DNA of 64,000 nucleotides from Bacilli bacterium (GTDB lineage Bacteria > Bacillota_I > Bacilli_A > RF39 > UBA660): assembly GCA_016302505.1 (NCBI GenBank), contig JAEDNL010000002.1, positions 297 to 64,296 of the forward strand, read 5' to 3'. Made by a program: the position numbers and the translations under genes. The stretch's first letter is position 1. Every line of letters starts with the position of its first letter. A model generated the notes under the pieces. It did not search any database. It saw nothing but the letters and a program-made list of their open reading frames with translations, and was not told where the DNA came from. Below, piece by piece: positions 1 to 9,093 of the stretch.

Positions 1-385
1 CTTTTACAGTATATTAACTTTATAATTTATGATAAAATATGTTTAATATTGATTTGCAACTAATAATTGACAAAAAACAACTGAAAATTGGTAGTTCGCA
101 ACTGGCTACAATTGTATAATTATGTTAAGAAAGGAGTTAATATGAATTTATCTGAAAATTAAAAAAAATATAAACAATTATAAATTAGCTAACTATGATA
201 AATATGAAATATATTTCTATGGTAATAAAGAGAATTTAGATTTAATTAAAAAGCGTGCAGATAGTTATTGTAATGGTCTTGAATAATACTATATGGTGAA
301 AATAAATATTACCTTTTTTAATATTTTTATATTTTTTTCACAAATTATTAACATTTTGATTCTACAATTATATTGAGGTGTTGAT

Positions 386-1588
386 ATGAGAAAAGAAAAT
401 AATGTAAAAGAAGCAAAAATAATTGATAAGGAAAAAGAAAGCAAAGTTAAAGAAAAAGAAAATATTCAGGTTGTTAATAACATTGAAAAGAAGAGTAGTG
501 ATGAAAAAAGATTTAATTATAATATGACTGATAAAGACAAAAATATTGTTATTACAATTATATTAACTTTTACTTGTTGCTTATTAATTTTTGGCATTTT
601 TTATAAATTTTATTTAAAAAATTTGGTAGTTGAAACAACTAAAGTACAAAAAGATGTTACTGTAACTGATTTGGGAATTGCTGATGCGGTTGATAAAGTA
701 TATGACTCTGTAGTAGTTATAGAAAATTATATTAATGATAGGGTTATTTCTTCTGGTACTGGTTTTGTATTTAAAACAGATGATAGTTATGGATATATAT
801 TAACTAATTATCATGTTGTTAGTGGTTCTAAAAAAATAGTAGTTACGTTTACAAACGAAAATAAAATTGAAGCTTCGTTAATTGGTACTGATGAATATTC
901 TGATATTGCTGTTTTAAGAGTAAATAAATCAAACGTAATAAGTGTTGCTGAAATAGGTGAATCTGATAATTTAAGAGTAGGTGATACTACTTTCACAGTT
1001 GGTGCTCCTCTTGATTCTAGCGTATATTCATGGACAGTTACAAGAGGTATATTATCAGGTAAAAATAGATTAGTAGAGGTAACTATTAATAATGGTAATT
1101 CTGTGATGGAAGTATTACAAACAGATGCGGCTATTAATTCAGGAAATAGTGGTGGTCCTTTATGTAACTCTAATGGCGAGGTAGTTGGAATAACTAATAT
1201 GAAAATAGCAAGTTCTACAATAGAAGGTATGGGATTTGCTATACCAATTGATTCTGCTATAACAACGGCTAATACTTTAATTGAAGGTAAATCAGCATCA
1301 AGACCATACTTGGGAGTAAGTATTTATGCTGCTAATGATAATATGTATTCAAATAATACTAGTATTTATGTTGAATATGTAGAAAACAATTCTGTGGCTG
1401 ATAATGCTGGTATTAAAAAAGGTGATAAGATACTAAAATTTGATGATAAAAATGTAACAACTACTGCACAATTTAGATATCAATTATATAAGCATAACAT
1501 TGGAGATAAGATTACTCTAACAATAGAAAGAAATGGAAGAGAAATAAAATTAGATGTAACTTTAAGTAGTGCAAATGGAATAAATTAA
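386..1588 (+). CDS. htrA: HtrA/DegP-family membrane-anchored serine protease with C-terminal PDZ domain
   Basis: 400-aa ORF behind a GAGGTG RBS. N-terminal TM (IVITIILTFTCCLLIFGIFY). Trypsin-fold triad contexts TNYHVV (His), DIAVLRV (Asp), GNSGGPL (Ser). PDZ-like tail (GIKKGDKILKFDDKNV). Confidence 0.9.
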   Translation: MRKENNVKEAKIIDKEKESKVKEKENIQVVNNIEKKSSDEKRFNYNMTDKDKNIVITIILTFTCCLLIFGIFYKFYLKNLVVETTKVQKDVTVTDLGIADAVDKVYDSVVVIENYINDRVISSGTGFVFKTDDSYGYILTNYHVVSGSKKIVVTFTNENKIEASLIGTDEYSDIAVLRVNKSNVISVAEIGESDNLRVGDTTFTVGAPLDSSVYSWTVTRGILSGKNRLVEVTINNGNSVMEVLQTDAAINSGNSGGPLCNSNGEVVGITNMKIASSTIEGMGFAIPIDSAITTANTLIEGKSASRPYLGVSIYAANDNMYSNNTSIYVEYVENNSVADNAGIKKGDKILKFDDKNVTTTAQFRYQLYKHNIGDKITLTIERNGREIKLDVTLSSANGIN

Positions 1589-1654
1589 TATTTTAAAATT
1601 CATAATAAAATTTATTACAAATATAGATTTTTATAAATAATTATGGTAGAATTA

Positions 1655-1857
1655 AAACAATTGATTGTGAAGGAAAGAGATGGATATCTGATTTATAGAG
1701 AGTCAATGTTTGGTGTAAATTGATATGATGATACTTGAAAATGGTTCTGGAGTCAAATCGTGTGGTTTCGTTAACAACTATTAAGAGCATGATAATCATG
1801 AATTAAGGTGGTACCGCGGAATTTATAATTTCGTCCTTAGTTTGTGGTTTTTTTATT
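1655..1857 (+). promoter_or_regulatory. T-box leader (tRNA-sensing riboswitch) upstream of metG, probable Met specifier
   Basis: Canonical T-box sequence AATTAAGGTGGTACCGCG at 1801-1818. Stem I elements: GA/K-turn-like TGTGAAGGAAAGAGA (1666-1680), AG-bulge AGAGAG (1697-1702), distal-loop GGTGTAA (1712-1718). ATGATGA (1725-1731) on the 3' side of Stem I offers an AUG specifier followed by A. U-run 1848-1854 lies just before the metG RBS. A possible extended -10 promoter TGGTAGAAT sits at 1644-1652. I did not resolve the terminator/antiterminator helices by eye. Confidence 0.85.
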
Positions 1858-1869
1858 TAGGAGGTTAAA

Positions 1870-3402
1870 ATGGAAAAAAAGAAATTTTATATAACAACGC
1901 CAATATATTATCCAAGTGCTGACTTTCATATTGGACATTGTTATACTAGTACAGCTGCAGATGCAGTAGCAAGATATAAGAGATTAACTGGTTATGATGT
2001 TTATTTTCAAACTGGGACAGATGAACATGGTCAAAAAATAGAAAAGAAGGCTTTAGAAGCAGGTTTAAGTCCTAAAGAATATGTCGATCCTATTATTGAA
2101 AATGGTAAAGATTTATGGAGTAAGTTAAATATTTCATATGACTATTTTATAAGAACTACTGATGAAGATCATATAAAGAGAGTTCAAAAAATATTTAAAA
2201 AAATGTATGATAATGGAGATATTTACAAAGGCGAATATAAAGGACTTTATTGTACTCCTTGTGAATCATTTTGGACAGAAAGTCAACTTGATGAAAATGG
2301 TATGTGTCCAGATTGTCATAGAGAAGTTCATGAAGTTATTGAGGAAGCTTATTTCTTTAGATTATCTAAATATCAAGATAAATTAGTTGAATTTTATGAT
2401 AAAAATCCTAACTTTATTCTTCCAATTTCTAGAAAAAATGAAATGATTAATAATTTTATAAAACCAGGATTAGAAGATTTATGTGTGTCAAGAACATCAT
2501 TTACATGGGGTGTTCCGGTTAATTTTGATAAAGGTCACGTAGTATATGTTTGGGTTGATGCCTTAACTAACTACATTACTTCATTAGGATATCCTGATGA
2601 AACAGAAGAATTTAAAAAATATTGGCCTGCAGATATACATCTAGTTGGAAAAGAAATAGTAAGATTTCATACAATTATTTGGCCATGTATGTTAATGAGT
2701 TTAAATTTACCTTTACCTCATCAAGTATTTGGTCACGGTTGGTTAATTATAAATGGTGGAAAAATTTCTAAATCCTTAGGAAATTATAAAGATCCAAGAG
2801 AATATATCAAATCATACGGAGTTGATGCAGTTAGATACTTTTTACTACGTGAAGTACCATTTGGAAGTGATGGGAATTTTAGTGAAGAAGCATTAATTTT
2901 AAGAACAAATACGGATCTTGTAAATACATTAGGTAATTTAGTGAATAGAACTTTAGCAATGAGTAAAAAATATTTTAATAGTGTTGTTACTAATCCAAAA
3001 ATTAATGAATCTGTTGATGATAATATTATTAGTTATGCTACTAGTTTATCATCTTTAGTGGAAAATAAAATGAATTCTTTAAAGATTAATGAAGCTTTAG
3101 AAGATATATTTGAATTATTAAAAAGAAGTAATAAATATATTGATGAAACGATGCCTTGGGTATTGGCTAAAGATGAAAAGAATAATGATAGGCTTAAAAC
3201 CGTTTTATATAATCTTTTAGAAAGTATAAGAATTTCTGCTGTATTATTAAGTCCATTTATTCCAGATACTAGTGAAAAAATATTTAAAATGTTAAACACT
3301 AAAAATACTAGCTATGAATCTATTAAAAATTTTGGAATGTTAGAAACAAATATTAAATTAAATGAATCTGAAATACTTTTTAATAGAATAGAAACTAAAT
3401 AA
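1870..3402 (+). CDS. metG: Methionyl-tRNA synthetase (short form, no C-terminal tRNA-binding appendage)
   Basis: 510 aa behind RBS AGGAGG. Class I HIGH motif as FHIGH (SADFHIGHCY) and KMSKS motif as KISKS (GGKISKSLGN). Zinc-knuckle cysteines CTPCESFW...CPDCHRE. Preceded by a T-box with an AUG specifier candidate. Confidence 0.95.
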   Translation: MEKKKFYITTPIYYPSADFHIGHCYTSTAADAVARYKRLTGYDVYFQTGTDEHGQKIEKKALEAGLSPKEYVDPIIENGKDLWSKLNISYDYFIRTTDEDHIKRVQKIFKKMYDNGDIYKGEYKGLYCTPCESFWTESQLDENGMCPDCHREVHEVIEEAYFFRLSKYQDKLVEFYDKNPNFILPISRKNEMINNFIKPGLEDLCVSRTSFTWGVPVNFDKGHVVYVWVDALTNYITSLGYPDETEEFKKYWPADIHLVGKEIVRFHTIIWPCMLMSLNLPLPHQVFGHGWLIINGGKISKSLGNYKDPREYIKSYGVDAVRYFLLREVPFGSDGNFSEEALILRTNTDLVNTLGNLVNRTLAMSKKYFNSVVTNPKINESVDDNIISYATSLSSLVENKMNSLKINEALEDIFELLKRSNKYIDETMPWVLAKDEKNNDRLKTVLYNLLESIRISAVLLSPFIPDTSEKIFKMLNTKNTSYESIKNFGMLETNIKLNESEILFNRIETK

Positions 3403-3424
3403 AATCTCGAAAGAGATTTTTTAT
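3402..3424 (+). terminator. Rho-independent terminator after metG
   Basis: Stem AAATCTC (3402-3408) / GAGATTT (3413-3419), GAAA loop, followed by a T-run. The stem is short and AT-rich. Confidence 0.55.
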
Positions 3425-3496
3425 ATTGTGAATTGAAAAATAAATAATTTAATGTTAGAATTAGTTTATAATATGGAGCAAAGGATTGTAAATTAT

Positions 3497-4105
3497 ATGG
3501 AAGAAAATAGAAACATAAAAAATAAAAAAATATTTAAATTAATCATTAAAATATTTAATATTTTTTTTCTAACAATAGTAAGTATATTTTTAATATGTTT
3601 ATTGTTTTATGTTATTAGTGGTAAAATAGCTGAAAAGAAGGGTACTAATCCACTATTTAGTTTTTATACAATAATAAGTTCAAGTATGGAACCATCGTTA
3701 AATGTTTATGATGTTGTTTTAGTAAAAAAAACAAATACTAATAAATTAAATACTGGTGACATTATTACATTCTATTCAACAAATAGTTATTTTGGAGATA
3801 CTCCTATCACACATAGAATAGTAAAAAAAGATGACACGGAAAAAAACTCATTTATTGTTAAAGGTGATAATAATCAAAGTGAAGATAAAGATAAAGTAAA
3901 GTCAAATAATATAATAGGCAAGGTTATATTAGTTATACCATCATTAGGTAAATTACAATTCTTCTTAGCTTCAAAAAAAGGTTTTGCTTTTGCTATAATT
4001 ATACCTGCTTTAATAATTATTACATATGATATTTATAAAATCATAAACGCAATTATTTTGAAAAATAAAATGTCTAAATTAAAAAATAAAAACGGTAATA
4101 TTTAG
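3497..4105 (+). CDS. Signal peptidase I, SipW-like (archaeal/ER type)
   Basis: N-terminal TM, Ser box SSSMEPSLN, THRIV His box, KGDNN motif and a second C-terminal TM (FAFAIIIPALIIITY). This architecture is shared with the two SipW-like genes at 12056 and 18206. The ORF track opens at 3452; I prefer ATG 3497 (AAGGA upstream). The start is uncertain. Confidence 0.8.
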   Translation: MEENRNIKNKKIFKLIIKIFNIFFLTIVSIFLICLLFYVISGKIAEKKGTNPLFSFYTIISSSMEPSLNVYDVVLVKKTNTNKLNTGDIITFYSTNSYFGDTPITHRIVKKDDTEKNSFIVKGDNNQSEDKDKVKSNNIIGKVILVIPSLGKLQFFLASKKGFAFAIIIPALIIITYDIYKIINAIILKNKMSKLKNKNGNI

Positions 4106-4135
4106 TTTAAATAAACTAAAAAGCATTTTGAAAAA

Positions 4136-5209
4136 TTATTCAAAATACTTTTTGTTTTCTTGTAATCTTTGATTATTTGGATTTTCTTCTATTGCTAATT
4201 CTAAAAATTTTAATCCTATTTTTTTATGTCCTAAGTTGAAAAAGCATAAACTTAATATATCGTAGACATATTCATTTCTTGAGAAGTTTTCACTTATATA
4301 GCTTTTATTTTTATTGTTTATTTGAAGTGTTTTAATTCCATAGTTAATTGCATTATTGTAATCATTTAATTCATAATATAGAATCATTAGTTCGGCATAA
4401 CCTTCTTTTAAATATGGAGCTTCATTTATAGCATTTTTATACCATAATAATGATTCTTCTATTTTATTTAAGTGTTTATAACTTCTAGCAATAAATCTCA
4501 TAGAGGCAGCTCTTTCATCTTTCCATGTAGCATTCTTAAGTTTTAAATGATTTTGCAGTGTATCAATACATTGATTCCATTTGCCATAATACATATATTC
4601 TCTACCTAAATAGTGCATATTTCTATCATCGTTAGGATCTTCTTTAACTGAAAGTTCTAGCAAAGGTAAATATGAACTTCTTGATTTTTTAGAATCTGGA
4701 TAATGATCAATTATAAGATCGTCTATTAGTATTTGTTCTTCTTTTTCCTCATCATTTATTGAAAGTATTTCATGTACTGGATGTGTCCATTTATATATTT
4801 TATTTTTATGGATTTTATTAGCATAAAAACTTATCAACGGATTGTTATTATTATCCAAACTCCAATTGTATGTGTATGATATTCTAGTTAAATTATCATT
4901 CCATTTTGATAGAATTTTTTCTTTCCAATTTGGTTGCATTACTTCATCCAAATCTAAGCATATACAAATATCAGTGTCATCAGGTATTAATTTTAAAGAC
5001 TCATTTCTAGCATTATCGAATCTCCATGGATCAATTTTTTCTTCCTTTACTAATACTCCTAATTGCTTTAATTTATTTACAGTATTATCAGTAGAACCTG
5101 TATCTAATACACAGATATAATCAGAATCTTTAATAGAGTTATACCATCTTTCAACAAATTTTTCTTCATTTTTACTAATAGCATATACACAAGTTTTGTA
5201 TTTTTTCAT
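4136..5209 (-). CDS. Family-2 glycosyltransferase with C-terminal TPR repeats
   Basis: GT2 N-terminus (VYAISKNEEKFVERW..., VLDTGSTDNT, DxD-like LDLDE). The C-terminal half has TPR-like repeats (YLGREYMYYGKWNQCID, ARSYKHLNKIEESLLWYKNAI, ILYYELNDYNNAINY). Immediately downstream of, and co-oriented with, the collagen-like gene. Confidence 0.8.
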   Translation of the reverse strand: MKKYKTCVYAISKNEEKFVERWYNSIKDSDYICVLDTGSTDNTVNKLKQLGVLVKEEKIDPWRFDNARNESLKLIPDDTDICICLDLDEVMQPNWKEKILSKWNDNLTRISYTYNWSLDNNNNPLISFYANKIHKNKIYKWTHPVHEILSINDEEKEEQILIDDLIIDHYPDSKKSRSSYLPLLELSVKEDPNDDRNMHYLGREYMYYGKWNQCIDTLQNHLKLKNATWKDERAASMRFIARSYKHLNKIEESLLWYKNAINEAPYLKEGYAELMILYYELNDYNNAINYGIKTLQINNKNKSYISENFSRNEYVYDILSLCFFNLGHKKIGLKFLELAIEENPNNQRLQENKKYFE

Positions 5210-5222
5210 TTAGTAACCTATT

Positions 5223-5762
5223 TTATGCATTTTCATTGGCTCCAGTAGGTCCAGTAGGTCCAGTTGCTCCAGTAGGTCCGGTTGGTCCAGTTGGTCCGGT
5301 TGCTCCAGTTGGTCCCGTTGCTCCTGTAGGTCCGGTAGGTCCAGTAGGTCCAGTTGCTCCTGTAGGTCCGATTGGTCCAGTAGGTCCAGCGGGAATTGTA
5401 AGATTTAGAATAAAGTTTGGAGACGTTCCGGTAATGGAAGCACTCGCATCGCTACCAGCAGCTCCGGTTGTAACTGTTCCTATTGTTAAGATTGGGTTTT
5501 CAGCTGCAGTTCCGGTAGGTCCCGTTGCTCCGGTAGGTCCCGTTGCTCCTGTAGGTCCTGTAGGTCCAGTTGCTCCAGTAGGTCCGATTGGTCCGGTTGG
5601 TCCGATTGGTCCGGTTGCTCCTGTAGGTCCAGTAGGTCCGGTTGCTCCCGTAGGTCCAGTTGCACCACCGCTCGGTCCAGTAGGTCCAGTAGGTCCCGTT
5701 GCACCATAACATGTATAGTATGGTGGAAATACTTTTGGATTATTTCTATTACAATTTGACAT
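5223..5762 (-). CDS. Collagen-like triple-helix repeat protein (BclA-like exosporium/surface glycoprotein candidate)
   Basis: 179 aa. Two blocks of uninterrupted G-X-Y triplets, mostly GPT/GAT/GPI, separated by a ~45-aa non-collagenous insert ([40 protein letters not shown]). Short Cys-containing N-terminus [20 protein letters not shown]. It is a local GC-rich island in an AT-rich genome. RBS GGAGGA lies upstream on the minus strand. Confidence 0.85.
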   Translation of the reverse strand: MSNCNRNNPKVFPPYYTCYGATGPTGPTGPSGGATGPTGATGPTGPTGATGPIGPTGPIGPTGATGPTGPTGATGPTGATGPTGTAAENPILTIGTVTTGAAGSDASASITGTSPNFILNLTIPAGPTGPIGPTGATGPTGPTGPTGATGPTGATGPTGPTGPTGATGPTGPTGANENA

Positions 5763-5818
5763 TAAAATTCCTCCTTAATGTATTATATTTTTTAATTTAT
5801 AAAATAAGTATACAATTA

Positions 5819-6595
5819 TCATTCTTTTGTAATAAATATTATAAATTCATACATTATAATTGATATAATAATCAATAAAAATATGCCTGTCATAACCAAA
5901 TTTAAATTAAATATTTGTGAACCGTATAGTATTAAGTATCCGATACCTGCCTTTGATGTTAAAAATTCTCCCATAATAACGCCTATCAAACACATTGAAA
6001 TATTAATTTTTAATGTGTTTAAAATAACTTTTTTATTTTCGGGTATAACTACATTTATTAATATACTTAATTTTGATGCGTTAAATGTTTTAAAAAGTTT
6101 TATTTTTAATTTGTCTGTATTTTCAAAACCATTGTATATAGTTTGTATACTTACTATAATTGAAATAAGTATTGCCATTGTAATAATACTTTTAGTGTTA
6201 GCACCTATCCATATTATTATAATAGGACCTAGTGCTACTTTTGGTAATGAGTTTAATATAGTTAAATAGGGATCTAATATTTTTGATAATGTTTTAAAGT
6301 TATAAAGTAATATGGATATAATTAAAGATAAAATAGTAGTTATTATAAAAGAAATTACTGTTTCTTTTGCAGTTATCCAAATATGAAATAATAAATCATT
6401 ATTTATATAAAGATCTTTTAAAGTAAATATTATATTTTTTGGTGAACTTGTTATAAAAGTATTAATAATATTTTTATCGGATAAATATTGCCATAATATT
6501 ATAAACATTACAAATATAAGTGTTTGATATAACAGTATTTTAAATTTATTTAATTTTAATTTTTTTAAATATTTTTTTTGTTCATTTGACATCAT
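5819..6595 (-). CDS. ABC transporter permease (NitT/TauT-type)
   Basis: 258 aa, polytopic membrane protein. Overlaps the upstream ATPase gene by 4 nt. Has the usual conserved loop region of binding-protein-dependent permeases (LNSLPKVALGPIIIIWIG). Confidence 0.8.
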   Translation of the reverse strand: MMSNEQKKYLKKLKLNKFKILLYQTLIFVMFIILWQYLSDKNIINTFITSSPKNIIFTLKDLYINNDLLFHIWITAKETVISFIITTILSLIISILLYNFKTLSKILDPYLTILNSLPKVALGPIIIIWIGANTKSIITMAILISIIVSIQTIYNGFENTDKLKIKLFKTFNASKLSILINVVIPENKKVILNTLKINISMCLIGVIMGEFLTSKAGIGYLILYGSQIFNLNLVMTGIFLLIIISIIMYEFIIFITKE

Positions 6596-7341
6596 TCATC
6601 AATTTCCTCCCATATTTCTTCATAGTATTTTGGAAATAATGATGACTTTCTATTTTCTATAGGTCCATTATTAGTTTTTAGTTCAATATTTATAACTTTT
6701 TTAATATAAGCTGGTCTTTTTGAAAGAACTATTATTTTTGAACACATTGATATAGCTTCTGATATATCGTGTGTAACGATTAAAACTGTTTTTTTTTCTT
6801 CTTTTATTATGTTATAAACGTCCTCACTAACTTTTAATCTTGTTTGGTAATCTAAGGCTGAGAATGGTTCATCTAAAAGTAAAATATCTGGATTTAGAGC
6901 GAGTGTTCTTATTAGTGCGACTCTTTGTTTCATTCCACCTGATAGTGAACTTGGATATTTATCTTTAAATTCATACAGGCCGTATTTTTTTAATAAATTA
7001 ATTGTATATTCTTTTGTTTTATTATTTAATTTTTTTGAAATTTTTAATCCTAATAGTGCATTATCAAATACAGTAAGCCATGAAAATAAAACTGGTTCCT
7101 GGAACATATAACCTATGGAAACATTTTTGTTTAATATAATGTCTCCTTTATAGTCTTTATCTAGCATTGAAATGATGTTTAATATGGAACTTTTACCACA
7201 GCCTGATGGGCCCACTATACCAATAAAGTCATTTTTATTTATGGAAAATGATACATCTTCAATTGCGAGGGTTTCGCCTTTTTTTGAGTAGTATGTTTTT
7301 GACAAGTTATTAACAATTAATAAATTATTCATTAAATTCAT
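6592..7341 (-). CDS. ABC transporter ATP-binding protein (NitT/TauT-type)
   Basis: Walker A GPSGCGKSS, signature LSGGMKQRVAL, Walker B ILLLDEPFSALD, H-loop VTHD. Confidence 0.9.
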   Translation of the reverse strand: MNLMNNLLIVNNLSKTYYSKKGETLAIEDVSFSINKNDFIGIVGPSGCGKSSILNIISMLDKDYKGDIILNKNVSIGYMFQEPVLFSWLTVFDNALLGLKISKKLNNKTKEYTINLLKKYGLYEFKDKYPSSLSGGMKQRVALIRTLALNPDILLLDEPFSALDYQTRLKVSEDVYNIIKEEKKTVLIVTHDISEAISMCSKIIVLSKRPAYIKKVINIELKTNNGPIENRKSSLFPKYYEEIWEEIDE

Positions 7342-8302
7342 TAGTAAACAATATGGATGTATCTATTTTTTTATCGATTGTATTTCCATGAAACATTATA
7401 TCAATTAATCTATCATAATCTTCTTTAACTATAGTTGTATTGCTATACCATGAATCTATTTTTTTATATCGATCAACAAGTAATGTTAAATCTTTTAATG
7501 AAGTGTCTGGAAATTGATTAATTATTGACTTAGCAATAGTTTCTGATGAATTTTCTTTTACAAACTTTAATCCTTTGTTTAATGCTTTATTAAATTTCTT
7601 AATTATATCTTTATTACTGTTGATATAACTATCTTTTGCGTAAAATGCTGTATATGGTACAGTACCTGTAATGTTTCCTAGTGATGATAAAACGCATCCA
7701 TAGTTTTCTTTTTCTACATTTAAAGCATTTGGTTCAAATAGATTAACAAATTCACCTTGTTTGCTTATAAATGCTCCAGTTAATGCTGAGAATTCAATAG
7801 ATGTGTTAATATTTAATTCATTTTCATTTATATTAGATTCTTTTAAAGCATATTTAAACATAAGCAATGGCATTCCGCCTTTTCTACCAGCCAAGATTGT
7901 TTTTCCTTTTAAATCGTTCATTTTAAAATTATTTTTTAAATTACATGGTCCGACTATAAATTGTCCATCTTTTTTAGTTAAAGAAGCAAAAGTTAATAGT
8001 TTTTGTTTTGAATTATTATAAATATAAACAGTTGCTTCTGGGCCCGAGAAACCTATATTAGCATCTCCGGATAAAACTGATGTTGCTACTTTATCTGCAC
8101 CTGGTGTTAATAATACTTCAATATCGATATCTTGTTCTTTAAAGTAATTATTTTCAATTGCAACATACCATGGTGCATAAAAAACAGAATGTGTAACTTC
8201 TGATACTACTACTTTCGTACTTCTATTATTTGTCTTCTTTAATAAAAAAGATAATATTATTATTAGTAAAAGAGTAGCAAATATTAAAATAATTTTTTTC
8301 AT
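7325..8302 (-). CDS. ABC transporter substrate-binding lipoprotein/anchored protein (NMT1/THI5-like fold)
   Basis: 325 aa with an N-terminal signal/anchor. VSEVTHSVFYAPWYVAIENNYFKEQDIDIEV and SGDANIGFSGPEA resemble NitT/TauT/ThiY-type binding proteins. First gene of a three-gene overlapping operon. The substrate cannot be called from sequence. Confidence 0.7.
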   Translation of the reverse strand: MKKIILIFATLLLIIILSFLLKKTNNRSTKVVVSEVTHSVFYAPWYVAIENNYFKEQDIDIEVLLTPGADKVATSVLSGDANIGFSGPEATVYIYNNSKQKLLTFASLTKKDGQFIVGPCNLKNNFKMNDLKGKTILAGRKGGMPLLMFKYALKESNINENELNINTSIEFSALTGAFISKQGEFVNLFEPNALNVEKENYGCVLSSLGNITGTVPYTAFYAKDSYINSNKDIIKKFNKALNKGLKFVKENSSETIAKSIINQFPDTSLKDLTLLVDRYKKIDSWYSNTTIVKEDYDRLIDIMFHGNTIDKKIDTSILFTNEFNE

Positions 8303-8480
8303 ATATCCTCACTTTCTTTCATGTTATTATATTCATATATTTAATAAAAGTTACGTTATTGATATTTTGTTTATAGTTGAAAAATAATCAATATAGTATA
8401 TTATATAGAGGTAAGTATGAAAGATGTGATTATTATGGAAAAATGTATAATTAGTTATTTAGAAAAAAATTGTAAGAAAT

Positions 8481-9013
8481 TTGAAAACAAAATTAATAAT
8501 TAAAACTATAAATGACTTTTCTAATGAATATAAAAATTTCATTTATAATATATTAAATACTTATCATAAAAGAAAAGTTGATTTAAAGAAAAATAGAATT
8601 ATTTCTTATTGCATGATTTATAACTATTTTGAAGAAAATAATATATATTTAAATATTAATAACATATATTATTCTAATAGTGGTAAACCTTTACTAGAGG
8701 TTTTAAATTTAGTATTTCTAATAAAGATGATATATATGTTTTAGCTGTATCTGACTATGATATTGGTGTCGATATAGAAAAAGTAAAAAATTATGATAAG
8801 AGAATATTAAAATACTTCTATACTAATAATGAAAAGAATATTGTAAATAACAATTATGACTTTTTTAAAATATTTACATTAAAAGAATCATATATCAAGA
8901 TGAATGATTGTTATTTTGATTCAATTAAATTAGATGATTATGTTAATTATTATAATAAAACAATTAATTATAAAGATTATGTCATTTCCTATGTAATATT
9001 TAAACGAAAATGA
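8481..9013 (+). pseudogene. Sfp-type 4'-phosphopantetheinyl transferase, interrupted by a frameshift near 8699
   Basis: The track ORF 8481..8744 reads ...YYSNSGKPLLE and then runs into junk and a stop. The -1 frame from 8699 reads GFKFSISNKDDIYVLAVSDYDIGVDIEKV...FTLKESYIKM... and ends at TGA 9011-9013. Together these give the conserved PPTase blocks (GKP / F-x-I-S / G-V-D-I-E / KES-Y-x-K). The N-terminal start is also unclear: TTG 8481, or ATG 8417 in a third frame. Confidence 0.6.
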
Positions 9014-9093
9014 CATATTCTTTTATTTTTATATTGAATTTTTTAAAATACTAATATATAATAAATTTGTATAGTGTAGTAGAGGAGGTAATA

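Noticed and set aside
1706-1708. I first considered ATG at 1706-1708 as the T-box specifier codon.
   Set aside because: It lies between the AG bulge (1697-1702) and the distal-loop motif (1712-1718), which places it in the distal part of Stem I. The specifier loop should be on the 3' side of Stem I, where ATGATGA (1725-1731) is found.
5236-5712. Three extra ORFs overlap the collagen-like gene: 5236..5709 (+), which reads as (PVG)n, and 5486..5707 and 5500..5712 (-).
   Set aside because: They are artefacts of the GGN-CCN-ACN triplet periodicity, because any frame of a collagen repeat stays open. Only the minus-strand G-X-Y frame has an RBS, an N-terminal non-repeat segment and a sensible stop.
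8303-8480. I looked for a riboswitch (for example TPP) in the 5' leader of the minus-strand NMT1/THI5-like ABC operon.
   Set aside because: The reverse-complement leader shows promoter-like boxes but none of the conserved TPP-riboswitch elements (CUGAGA, ACCUGAUCUGGAUAAUGCCAGCG-like) or other motifs I recognise.
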